A stretch of DNA of 64,000 nt, from the sequence record NC_048077.1; one strand, written 5' to 3'. Made by a program: the position numbers and the translations under genes. Shown in pieces: positions 10,201 to 18,523 of this stretch (positions are counted from its first letter, which is position 1; each line of letters starts with the position of its first letter). The notes under the pieces are model-generated. The model was given only the letters and a program-made list of their open reading frames with translations. It was not told the DNA's origin and made no database searches.

Positions 10201-11812
10201 CGATTTTCAAATCAGCCAGTTTTGTTTTCGGCGCAATGAACTTGATTGATTTTGTTGTGCTTACCGTAGCCTCATTTTCCGTGTACTGCGCGACAAGGCT
10301 AGTGAGGTAATCGTTTCGCAAAACATTGCTGCGCAGATATTTCTCTACAACTTTCGTATGCTCAGAGGTAGAAAGATATTGCGGCTCAACTACGCGGCTT
10401 GAATTGTCATTGTAAGTAACGATTGTGCGTAACTCAATCTCTTCACCCTGATTAACAGAATCGCCAACAGAGATAGAAAGAGAGACAGGCACAAGTTCCA
10501 TTTCGCTTTTCTTAACCGCGAATTCTTTCGTAGCGTAGTAATCAAAGATTCCCTGATAACGCGCTTTGATTGCAATCTTCGTATCTGCGGCAACATACGG
10601 CAGCACAAGGAAAGAACCGTTGAAACTTCCCAAAGGTGTTTCAAGAATAACGTTACCACTTGCAGTAAGATCGCGGCGCTGTCCGTTGGCATACGTTCCG
10701 TAAACTTGAATCTGCGTGCTGCTATTTCCGTAGAGAGTTTTCTCTACCAGTTCGATTGAAACCGGATCAGGTTCGATTCCAAGCGGGAACAAACGCACAC
10801 TGATTTCGTGTTCAGTTTCACCGTAAACAACAGTAAGCTGAATCGTGCGAATTGCGGCAGGCTCTTTGAACGTAACTTTATTTCCGTTACGGCTCTCGAT
10901 CATTTCGTGATCTTTCACATAAACTTCTTCGGTTGTGACGCTGCTATCGCTATACAGAACATTCACGCCGAAAGAAATTTCTTCACCGCCATGAATAAAA
11001 TCAGGCTGGATGAATTGCAGTTCACTGACCAGAGCTTTACCCACATAACTGCGGCGAACAGGTTCAACAACGCTATGCGCACCGATATAAATTTCGGCGG
11101 CAATATTCAGCGTTGTGTATACGCCATGCAATACCTCTTCGATTGGTGCCCACTGATAAAACAGTTGAGCGCAACGACGAAAGAACATTACATTGCGTGC
11201 CGCTTTCTGGTAAGGATCAATGTTAACAGGATCGAAACCGATGTGATTTAAATGCCACTCTTCGGCCTGCGCCTGCGTCATACCAACAGCAACCAACGCA
11301 TTGACGATATCGTTTTTGCTGTCACGGTCGATAGTCAGATCCAAACCGCTATTAATCAAATGGGCGTCAACTTCCAAATCAACGTGCGTTGTTTTATACC
11401 AAGTGCCGCCGTCTTTGATCAGAGTACCAAGCGGAGTAGGAACAAAACTTTGATAGTCGTTGGTATAAAGACGATAGCTTTCGAAGTTCGCGCCAAGCAG
11501 AATAGCTACGAACTTGTGCCAGTTTTTAGTTCCGCTTACTTCACTGTATTCTGGAAGCACATCGAAAATATTTTTGAAAACTTCGCTACGGAAACTCATG
11601 ATATCGCGTGTTACGTTGATACCGATTTCCTGCACACTTTCTTCGAGCACTTCCGTTGTGCTCTTATTCGTGATGCGGCGAATATCAATCAGTTGCTGAA
11701 TAACATCGAGGTTTCTCTCATCGTTGTGTTCAGCAATGATATCGAACAGTTCACCTATTGCAGCGTTGTCTTGAAAGAAATCCAGAAAGAAATCTGGAGT
11801 TTGTGACTTCAT
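7289..11812 (-). CDS. Large baseplate wedge protein with Ig-like repeats
   Basis: 1507 aa, immediately after the baseplate J-like gene; repeated Ig-like (Big_2-type) patterns such as A.YSDG.; C-terminal domain shared with 56666..59749. Confidence 0.7.
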   Translation of the reverse strand: MKSQTPDFFLDFFQDNAAIGELFDIIAEHNDERNLDVIQQLIDIRRITNKSTTEVLEESVQEIGINVTRDIMSFRSEVFKNIFDVLPEYSEVSGTKNWHKFVAILLGANFESYRLYTNDYQSFVPTPLGTLIKDGGTWYKTTHVDLEVDAHLINSGLDLTIDRDSKNDIVNALVAVGMTQAQAEEWHLNHIGFDPVNIDPYQKAARNVMFFRRCAQLFYQWAPIEEVLHGVYTTLNIAAEIYIGAHSVVEPVRRSYVGKALVSELQFIQPDFIHGGEEISFGVNVLYSDSSVTTEEVYVKDHEMIESRNGNKVTFKEPAAIRTIQLTVVYGETEHEISVRLFPLGIEPDPVSIELVEKTLYGNSSTQIQVYGTYANGQRRDLTASGNVILETPLGSFNGSFLVLPYVAADTKIAIKARYQGIFDYYATKEFAVKKSEMELVPVSLSISVGDSVNQGEEIELRTIVTYNDNSSRVVEPQYLSTSEHTKVVEKYLRSNVLRNDYLTSLVAQYTENEATVSTTKSIKFIAPKTKLADLKIVLPSVVQERDIVQPKAIALYVLDSATQKQIDDRDPSIIVAELEVEAQWSTTADLNAGVRNIPDLNKETGKFQAPIISDGHETFSLNAGIIEGNTVKTFQKLFEIYSTIYVPRILDLLSSGKLNSGSTLNLPVACTWNTGKTVAALAKVSVEFIPSPSAKTEAYSRTVALQEEAIKNGQDPTKFDPNNPDYSRWVTLTIGDSTQNMYDPFASAGGKIKQLYFKGDLHGTARIKMEYTYDTHTITNIRDIVLVPVRSLVSSVEIECYDILFENSRTFARLFATYEDGTQEYVQAANWSASWPEQDEVDYELIKFNPSTYTGMAVVEILEGRTPKSFADFKSMEASKLPMLLNIGSLKELSETSFDGAIVQVNKLSFDSYANIKARFYRIESSLTVQLRIPDRESINTIISARIDGATNIRADVQGESYALVCTFELPGIVKNMDGSYGNIPKSTYDAEMTCDWFITDHYTLDITNNQRTLIPSSSPVAVIDDEGNLTPTINSDTAVKIRARYQCDGYSIERFLLVYITRANTYLLSMGITGQDIVWEVAERNSTYEYEKGRWFIPYGYRVQLNTGDQIIGSEGTWQIGDDTDVEAVSIDSPSGHLYIGGNQISDGKIRINCEFVKINPETIQDETISASRVITMMSTQSIIEAEIKDVGGNVIPNNKYRLSMEYKRRNDQVGTSISPDADTVGFTWSIINSSPGFTIDQQGFFQFAAADDIQTVTVRCTLREQRTVIERDVDITCLKVGYPQDLTLTGFTNVRDESKIQLKALLGRSGTFNREDVSAKALWQVTNDRGDTVTVQGVSVDQRGNVSIDPLLSDVRFGIRCTYIENKVRLIQTHYINAHSSYPYYGTAPFGLTTLAVVEANLQSRLRSNVGGTFVFSPRTNEYGYFMCPSRYGSASFGSASDSQGQINAGWKAMDGARWPVTGDDGKTGPLTLQKVYDNVTETLYLYRSNERAFGTAVLTVRYS

Positions 11813-13272
11813 GACATATTCCTTTCGCTATACGTCACATTGATTTGTAGGTTACGCAATGCAACGTATTCAAGTTTGCTGTTTGGAATCAGATCCTGAA
11901 TCGGACTAAGCACGTTCAGATAATCCACTTCCGGACGCTTAACAGGTTCATCCGGATCAGTGTGATCGTACTTCACTGCGTCGATGATATCGGATACTGC
12001 AAGACGTTTGCCGAGCGAACCAGATTTACGCTCAAACAATTTCATCACTGCGGCAGCAATTTTATCCTGATTGGATTGGCGCGTACCACTCGCATCTGCG
12101 AACAACGCAACGTCAATGATAACATCGGCAGCAAGTTTATCCGGATTCCACGTTTGAATTTCAAGTTCGGATTTATACTTATCGTTAATCCAACTCAAGA
12201 ATTTATTCCACTGCGCACTAACAGGACTAGGGTTGATGCCGCCCCAACTGCTTGTGTTTTTCGGCAGGATACAAACACGAATAACGCCCATCCATTCTTT
12301 ATCATTCGGCGCAATATCACGCTGCGACATAATCACAACATCGGCAACATCGGGATACAAACTGATTGCCGCTTTCCATTCATCGTGGCGAATAAGTTTT
12401 CCTTTCGCACGTCCGAGAATAGGAGCGAAACGTCTGTAGTATTCCGGAGAAGTTTCATCAGCCGCACCAGTAATCGAAGTTGTCGTTTTACCTTGCAGCA
12501 CACTGTAATTAACCGCCTGAACTTTTAAGCCGAGCGTATCGCTATTCACCGTAGCGCCAAGTGAACGAGTAGCAGCGACATTAAAAGTGTAACCAACAGG
12601 AGGAATGCTTCCCCATCGTTCGCCGCCAAACTGAATCGTAACGTCGCCATCATCTTTCGTAATGTCGATAAAAATGTTCTGATTCTCATAGGCTTCAAAC
12701 AAACACTTATCAAATCGATCATAAACAATTTTCTGCCCGGTAGGAGTTTCCAACCAAACTTCAATATCGTTCGTGATTTCAAAATTTTCAGTGTTCAAAT
12801 CAAAACTCAAATAATCCCCGGTTGCGGTAATCAGTTGAGAGTATTTAAAACGCGTGCCGACAATGAGATCAACAGTTTTAGTTTCACCTGCTTCCCACTG
12901 CGTTACTTCGGCGAGCAATCCGGAAAGGTTGCCAATGCTAATAGGCTCGTACTTATCCAGAATGATTTTGGTTCGCCCGGTATTAGTAATCTGCGCACTA
13001 ACAGAACCGGGAGACTTGCGCGTGATATCAACACCGAGGAAACGAGCGCCAGCATAGATACTTGTTGTGCGTCGTGCGAGACGAATGAACGCTTCACGCG
13101 CTGCAATCAAAGTTGCGGTACTGTTCGTAATACCCAAATCGCCCAGCGCATCGGCAAGCAAACTTGTCATACTACTTACTTGCTGATCCGTCCAATAAGT
13201 CGATTGCTGCAAACGACGCAGAATATCCTGAGCGAATTCTTCATGCGTAGTAAAAGTATTGAGAATTGTCAT
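11809..13272 (-). CDS. Baseplate wedge protein (baseplate J / T4 gp6-like)
   Basis: Motifs FIRLARRTTSIYAGARFLG, QFGGERWGSIPP, ITGAADETSPEYYRR; position after gp25-like gene. Confidence 0.8.
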   Translation of the reverse strand: MTILNTFTTHEEFAQDILRRLQQSTYWTDQQVSSMTSLLADALGDLGITNSTATLIAAREAFIRLARRTTSIYAGARFLGVDITRKSPGSVSAQITNTGRTKIILDKYEPISIGNLSGLLAEVTQWEAGETKTVDLIVGTRFKYSQLITATGDYLSFDLNTENFEITNDIEVWLETPTGQKIVYDRFDKCLFEAYENQNIFIDITKDDGDVTIQFGGERWGSIPPVGYTFNVAATRSLGATVNSDTLGLKVQAVNYSVLQGKTTTSITGAADETSPEYYRRFAPILGRAKGKLIRHDEWKAAISLYPDVADVVIMSQRDIAPNDKEWMGVIRVCILPKNTSSWGGINPSPVSAQWNKFLSWINDKYKSELEIQTWNPDKLAADVIIDVALFADASGTRQSNQDKIAAAVMKLFERKSGSLGKRLAVSDIIDAVKYDHTDPDEPVKRPEVDYLNVLSPIQDLIPNSKLEYVALRNLQINVTYSERNMS

Positions 13273-13682
13273 AGCGGCCTCAATGCAAATGTGACGGAAT
13301 CTTTATCTTCCAGCGCCGGAACTCGCCATGCAATATAGCATTCATAAGTTTGCTGTTCAGATCGAAAAACTCTCACATAAACGTTTGTGATATCATTGGT
13401 TAATCCGTTATCAGGATCTTGTAGCGCATCGCGAATGTGCGTTTGAATCCATCCAGCAGTTTCATCGTCGAACGGTTCAAACAAATCTTTGTAGACAAGA
13501 GAACCAAATTTCTCACGCCATTTGCGTGAACCTTTACGCGTACCGACAACGAATAAAACTTTTTGAGTAATGCTATCCATATCCTGAACAGTATCACGCA
13601 ACTCCATTTTGATATCCATGTTGATATCAGAATAGACAGCTTCGTTAGCCGGGACGTTAACGCGTTTTGTAATTATGCCCAT
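13269..13682 (-). CDS. Baseplate wedge gp25/GPW-like protein
   Basis: GTRKGSRKWREKFGSLVYKDLFEP matches the gp25 family pattern (GER..P.FGS.L..LLFEP). Confidence 0.8.
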   Translation of the reverse strand: MGIITKRVNVPANEAVYSDINMDIKMELRDTVQDMDSITQKVLFVVGTRKGSRKWREKFGSLVYKDLFEPFDDETAGWIQTHIRDALQDPDNGLTNDITNVYVRVFRSEQQTYECYIAWRVPALEDKDSVTFALRPL

Positions 13683-13972
13683 TAGCCAAATCCTACGTTA
13701 CCTGAACCGTTGCTTGCCGTATCGCCGCAAGTGTTGCCGTCGCCAGCACGCTGCGCAGGTTTTCCATTCACAAAAACAGTTGCGCCGCTTGTAGCGTATC
13801 CGGTATGCGGAGGCTTTTTAGGTTTCCAGTGTGGTTGATAAGGATCGCCATCACGCACGACACCCAAACCGTTCACAAAAACATTTCCACTTGCGCCAAC
13901 AGCAACAACAGGAAAATATCCATTGTGACCAGTAGTTTGATCAGCACCTAAGCGAATAACAGGTTTTCCCAT
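13682..13972 (-). CDS. PAAR-repeat spike tip protein
   Basis: RLGADQTTGH...GSGNVFVNG...H...GATVFVNGKPAQRAGD...CGD..SNGSGNV; His/Cys metal ligands. Confidence 0.9.
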   Translation of the reverse strand: MGKPVIRLGADQTTGHNGYFPVVAVGASGNVFVNGLGVVRDGDPYQPHWKPKKPPHTGYATSGATVFVNGKPAQRAGDGNTCGDTASNGSGNVGFG

Positions 13973-13998
13973 TAGATTTTCTCCTTTTATTACTGGTT

Positions 13999-14007
13999 AA
14001 ATTAGTG
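13999..14007 (-). promoter_or_regulatory. Candidate late-promoter motif CACTAATTT
   Basis: 27 nt upstream of the PAAR start, directly after a terminator. Confidence 0.4.
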
Positions 14008-14010
14008 GCA

Positions 14011-14046
14011 GAAACAAAAACGGGCAGCACAAAGGCCACCCGTTTT
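14011..14046 (-). terminator. Rho-independent terminator
   Basis: Minus-strand AAAACGGGTGGC-loop-GCTGCCCGTTTTTGTTTC. Confidence 0.8.
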
Positions 14047-14049
14047 CGT

Positions 14050-14500
14050 ATCAAATTTTTCATGCGGAGTTAAAAGTTGGACGCGCATAACCTCTATAGA
14101 ATAACGGCGCAGCAATCGGTTTATAGCGCTGGCAAAGAGTGTTCGCCCAATCGCATCCAATCTACACGCCGCGCCATTTGGAGAGGCGCACAAAATCCCA
14201 CGTCTGAAATTTTGCTGTCCATAGTATACGCGGAGTTACCCGCAAGGCATCGCAATCAAATCTGAATTTTCGGCAAGAAAGTGTCGCTGTCTAACACATC
14301 CCTCGAACGTGCGCTTTGCCGTAAGCCACGGCGTAGCCAGACGCGAGCGCTTTCGGCTTGCTCGCACATTGTTTTTCAATGCCTAATCTTACTCCTTGCC
14401 AAAGCAAGATTAGTAGCGACATAAGGAGGATGAGATCTTTCACTCTGAATGTTTCCTTACGTCTATTGTGACACGGTGCCACAAATTCTTTTTACAGATT
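14050..14500. ncRNA. Candidate structured RNA (multibranch) or structured small-peptide mRNA
   Basis: Closing helix 14281-14289/14414-14422 encloses four hairpins; more hairpins at 14171-14189 and 14230-14243; no convincing long ORF; ends at a minus-strand terminator. Confidence 0.4.
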
Positions 14501-14664
14501 AGCCACCATAGAACCAATCATTCATTTTTATTTTCCTTACCGCAATCCATAATCCACGAACGTAATTCTTCGCGAGACATTTTAGAAGGCGGTGTAAAAG
14601 TTTTGGAGTTAAGCGCTCTATCCATCCGGTCGATATCAATCAGAACGACCGGATCTACAAGCGC

Positions 14665-14976
14665 TCATTTTTCACTTGCACGCATCATGCAGTCTTGCGC
14701 TTCGAGAAGTTTGCGAAGTCCCGCACTCTTCTCTGCGCTGTCAGAAATTTCTGCATCAAGCGTTTCTGCGATATGGCGAAAACATCCGGCGATTCCCATC
14801 TTTTTAAGATCGCCAGTGAACCGCTCAGGATCGAAGTAGTTCATAATCGGATTGGAATATTCTTTTTTACCGCCGCCCCAATCGCCGATTTCTTTAGGGC
14901 CACACATTCCAGTCACACCCGGAGTCTTACTCGGATGATCTTTATTATCGGTTATATCAATGCGTCTTTCCGACAT
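14665..14976 (-). CDS. Small conserved phage protein, helical-hairpin C-terminus (EKSAGLRKLLEAQDCMMRA); possible Acb2/Tad1-like sponge
   Basis: RBS AAGGA upstream; the C-terminal motif is one I recognise from a widespread small phage/bacterial protein family. The sponge link is inference. Confidence 0.7.
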   Translation of the reverse strand: MSERRIDITDNKDHPSKTPGVTGMCGPKEIGDWGGGKKEYSNPIMNYFDPERFTGDLKKMGIAGCFRHIAETLDAEISDSAEKSAGLRKLLEAQDCMMRASEK

Positions 14977-14989
14977 TTCATTTGTTCCT

Positions 14990-15710
14990 TTTCAGTAGGT
15001 AACATCCTGCATTACGCTGTTAAGGGCAACGTAATGCAAGTTGTCTTCCCAACTTTCCCGACAAAAGATTTTCATTTCGCTTCCCGTTTCCCAACTAAAA
15101 CAGGTCTAAGCGAAAACTATCTTCGAAGCCTCGCAGGAGGTCTTGCAAATACGCGATGGACGGCGTAGGCAATTTACGATCTTCGGTCTGCGGCAGTTAT
15201 TTGTTAATCATCTTTCGATGACAAGAATAGGTCGTGAATTAGCTACCCACACTTTAAACTTCCTGCTAACTAAGATTCGAATACGGAAGTACCGCACGGG
15301 ATATTCGAATCTAAATCCTCGTTTTGGACGATTGGCAACAGCCTGCTTGATAGCACCACCCACATGCACCGCTATCGGTATATTCACTTTACAGATTTTA
15401 AAATGAACATACAGAACCGATGAAAAAGATTTCCCGTTTATGCCCTCATACGAAAACATAAACGGCATTCTTTCTTGCTGTCTGCAACAAATCGGTTTCT
15501 CTGTCTGGAAGAGAAAGAGCGATTTTCGTTTCCCCCTGTTAGGAGCGGCTTGGGAGCCTACAAGTGAAACGGCTGCCAGTGTTATATCCCCACTTTACAG
15601 ATTCGTCCTCCCGCAAAAGAACTTTATGAATCCAACTGGCTAGGGTCTAAAGACAAGGCGGGGAAAAAGTAAAACCGCCTTGCCCTAATTAATTACTATT
15701 TACAGATTTA
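14990..15710. ncRNA. Candidate large structured non-coding element (~700 nt; ncRNA or replication origin)
   Basis: At least eight inverted repeats of 6-11 bp, three copies of TTTACAGATT, and no credible ORF in an otherwise gene-dense window. Confidence 0.45.
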
Positions 15711-15712
15711 CC

Positions 15713-17491
15713 TTAGAAAATTTTACGCTTAACCAGAGAATAATAAACTTCGAACGGAGCACCATACAAAGCTGGCCCGCGTTGAGCACGCGCTGTCACT
15801 TTGCCTGTATGAATGTTCAACGCAGTGATTTCTACCGTTGGCTGTTTCGGTCGAATAGTTTCATACACCGGAGTGTTGAATGTCGGATAATCATTGCGTA
15901 AACGTTCGATACTTTCTTCCGCTTCTTTCGACGGCTGCGGGAATTTAAAACGAATCTCAGCAGCACGTTTACCGCGAGCGATAGTCACATAACCTTTCTT
16001 CAAAGGCACGCCGTTATACATCAGATAGGAAGAAATACGACGAGCGATACCGACCACCTGATCGTAAATCGTATCATCCATTACCTGCGCAGAAAAACGA
16101 ATGCCAGTAGGTTGCTGTACCATTGCCAGACGCAAACCAGTGTTGAAATAACCTTCGTCAATCAGGCGACGGAAATAATCATACATCGCTTCTGTTTTGG
16201 AGGCGATAGCCGGAATGTGCAACGGCGGAACGTCAGCTTTCGGTTCAACAAAAGTTGGAGTCTGAACCGGAATAGACATTTTCACAACCTGCGAAACTTT
16301 ATAAGTGTTTTCCAGAATCGGAGTTGTTTTGATCACAACTTTATTCTTGATTGCTTTCTTATAGTTTTCGTCAGTTGTCAGTGAGGTAAACAGACGATAA
16401 TCAACCGGGCTTGTATAGCCGCTAATGATATCGCGCACCAGCGTTTGAAGTTTTGCCTGCGTGTCAGCGAACACAACGCGACTGCGATTAGGCGTGCTCG
16501 GAGATACCGGGAAGAATGCACCGTAAACAGTTTTGATATTGCGCGGTGAACCTGTTCCAGTAACCTTAGTTGCGTTTTCCAGTTTCGGAAGTTTTTCAGC
16601 CTGACCAACAGGCGCAACTTTCGGTGTACTGCGAATCGCTTTACCTTTAACGTAACTCGTCGCTTCCGGATCAACAGACAGATTACTCAGCAGATTTTTA
16701 ACTGCCGAACTATCCATCCAACTCTCAATCGGAACTGCGAGGTTGTGTGCGAGGTAATGTTTCTTGCGGCGCATCAAAACAACAGTGCCTTTCGGAATAA
16801 CAGGCGACAGAATTTTTTTCTTCGTTGTTCCGATATACGCGAACGTATCAGTTTTCAGATCGGACACTTGACCGAATGGAGCGGTGAATTCAAGAGCGCC
16901 CATAATGCTTTGCGCTGTTTCGTGACCGCGAACAATAAACTGAATGCGCGGGCTATCTTTCAGACGCAGATCGTAACGGTCTTTGTTGAGATAGGTAATC
17001 TTAATCAGATCGCCTTTCTCAAGTTCTAGATCGTATTCATCGGAAGCGTCATCAATAGCCAGTTTCTTGCCCGTGTATTTGAGATACTTAGGTGCCGCAC
17101 TTTCAGAACTAACATCCAACACATCAAAAACACGTTGCGAATTTTCAGCGTACTCACGCGCCGCCTGCATTGCAGTGGCGAGGTTAAAGCTGATAGATTT
17201 TTCTTTCGGTGGAACTAACTGAACATGAACGCTACTACTCGCACTCATGAAAACAGTTTGATTATCGTCGCGAGTTCCAGCGAAGTGCATTCCAGTAAGG
17301 CGCTCTACAGCGTCAGCACTAATGCTTTCGTGTGCGATACGATCACCGGGAACAATCTCAGTGATTTCGCCACGGTGCCAAACATAGGCAGCGCGTCCAT
17401 TGTGACCAATAAAGTGATCGCCCACTTTAGAGATTGACCGTGGGATAATCCCTAAGTCAGAAATAACGCGAGAAGGTTTTTGAACAATCAT
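15713..17491 (-). CDS. Hypothetical head-associated protein (paralogous Y-x-x-Y-x-G domain; several S-x-S motifs)
   Basis: 592 aa; N-terminal region has SIS three times and SESA; the following domain aligns by eye with 30097..30765 and 47720..49651. Confidence 0.7.
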   Translation of the reverse strand: MIVQKPSRVISDLGIIPRSISKVGDHFIGHNGRAAYVWHRGEITEIVPGDRIAHESISADAVERLTGMHFAGTRDDNQTVFMSASSSVHVQLVPPKEKSISFNLATAMQAAREYAENSQRVFDVLDVSSESAAPKYLKYTGKKLAIDDASDEYDLELEKGDLIKITYLNKDRYDLRLKDSPRIQFIVRGHETAQSIMGALEFTAPFGQVSDLKTDTFAYIGTTKKKILSPVIPKGTVVLMRRKKHYLAHNLAVPIESWMDSSAVKNLLSNLSVDPEATSYVKGKAIRSTPKVAPVGQAEKLPKLENATKVTGTGSPRNIKTVYGAFFPVSPSTPNRSRVVFADTQAKLQTLVRDIISGYTSPVDYRLFTSLTTDENYKKAIKNKVVIKTTPILENTYKVSQVVKMSIPVQTPTFVEPKADVPPLHIPAIASKTEAMYDYFRRLIDEGYFNTGLRLAMVQQPTGIRFSAQVMDDTIYDQVVGIARRISSYLMYNGVPLKKGYVTIARGKRAAEIRFKFPQPSKEAEESIERLRNDYPTFNTPVYETIRPKQPTVEITALNIHTGKVTARAQRGPALYGAPFEVYYSLVKRKIF

Positions 17492-17500
17492 GACCTGTCC

Positions 17501-17941
17501 TTATAGGGAAATTTTTCGCATTGAGTGTTGTTGGAGAAGTCGAAGATTCCCAAACATCACATTGTATGCAGAGGTTCCATAAGTATGAATGAGTTGGCGA
17601 GGAACGAACGTGCCGAAATAAAGACAGTTAGGATCAAGTTGTGTGATTTCCGTTCCCACGTTTTTATCTACGTTGGAAACCACCCATACCCACGGCTCGG
17701 CAAAGAAACGATCATTGCGAGTGTGGATGCGAAAACCAATTGCCATTTCTCGACCGCGAGGATCAAACGAAAACAAATCAACCGTTCTTTGATTCAGCGC
17801 TTTCTGTACGGTGAACAATGCCATCGTGCGAAACTTTTCAGAGAACTGCGGAATGTGCGCGTTGTCCTTTTCAATCTGCAACAAGATTTTGTCTTGTTGC
17901 TCCTGCGTCAACTTTCCGAAATATTTTATTGCGAAAGGCAT
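17501..17941 (-). CDS. Hypothetical protein
   Basis: 146-aa ORF with GGAGA RBS overlapping the upstream stop. Confidence 0.7.
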   Translation of the reverse strand: MPFAIKYFGKLTQEQQDKILLQIEKDNAHIPQFSEKFRTMALFTVQKALNQRTVDLFSFDPRGREMAIGFRIHTRNDRFFAEPWVWVVSNVDKNVGTEITQLDPNCLYFGTFVPRQLIHTYGTSAYNVMFGNLRLLQQHSMRKISL

Positions 17942-18519
17942 TTCAGAATCTCCCCGACGATTTCCGTAGGAGTTGAATTATCGGTACTGAATACCGCATC
18001 GTAACCGCCCGGTAAATTGCGGTAACGATCTTGATACATTTCAAACGTTTCAGCATCGACCATACGAGCTTCGATATTGTCGCTACCTTCGCGTTTATCG
18101 CCACGACGAGAAACATAAGTTTCGTATGTGCAAGTAAGCAGAATGCTAACTACTTGAACATCCGGACGCAGAATATTAACGGTGCGATCAAACAGCACTT
18201 GCGTCTTATCGTCTTTAACTTGTAGCGCCCACGTTGAAGGCCAAGCACGATCAGTAATGACAACATCAGCAGAAGTTTCTGCAAGGAAATCCATCAGGGA
18301 ACTACGCGCCGCAAGGAAAATCAACATTTCCGTTAACGGCGAACGCGCATTGTTGTCGTGCAATGCAATGTTGCGCAGTTGTTCAGCGAGTGGGGTTGTG
18401 CCGGGTTCGCGAACACGAATAACGCTGATATCACGCAAACGCAGAGACGCCTCTAAAATTTCTGCGGTTGTGGATTTTCCCACACCTTCTGTTCCCTCAA
18501 GGACGATGTATTTTTTCAT
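17926..18519 (-). CDS. tmk: Thymidylate (dTMP) kinase
   Basis: MKKYIVLEGTEGVGKST P-loop, VREPG, VVITDR motifs. Confidence 0.9.
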   Translation of the reverse strand: MKKYIVLEGTEGVGKSTTAEILEASLRLRDISVIRVREPGTTPLAEQLRNIALHDNNARSPLTEMLIFLAARSSLMDFLAETSADVVITDRAWPSTWALQVKDDKTQVLFDRTVNILRPDVQVVSILLTCTYETYVSRRGDKREGSDNIEARMVDAETFEMYQDRYRNLPGGYDAVFSTDNSTPTEIVGEILKCLSQ

Positions 18520-18523
18520 TTGA

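Noticed and set aside
14220-14265. Sigma70-like TTGATT...TATACT on the minus strand
   Set aside because: Spacing is about 25 nt, far from the 16-18 nt required.
15208-15468. 86-aa minus-strand ORF inside the structured block
   Set aside because: Weak RBS, atypical composition, and it runs across several strong stems; more likely incidental, though not excluded without Ribo-seq.
14491-15708. Possible CRISPR/mini-array based on the repeated decamer
   Set aside because: Repeats are only 10-13 nt with very irregular spacing (~900, 206 and 105 nt); no cas genes in the window.
14050-15710. tRNA, tmRNA or group I/II intron
   Set aside because: No cloverleaf with a T-loop GTTCRA consensus and CCA end, no clear intron core motifs, and the flanking genes are intact; not identifiable by eye.
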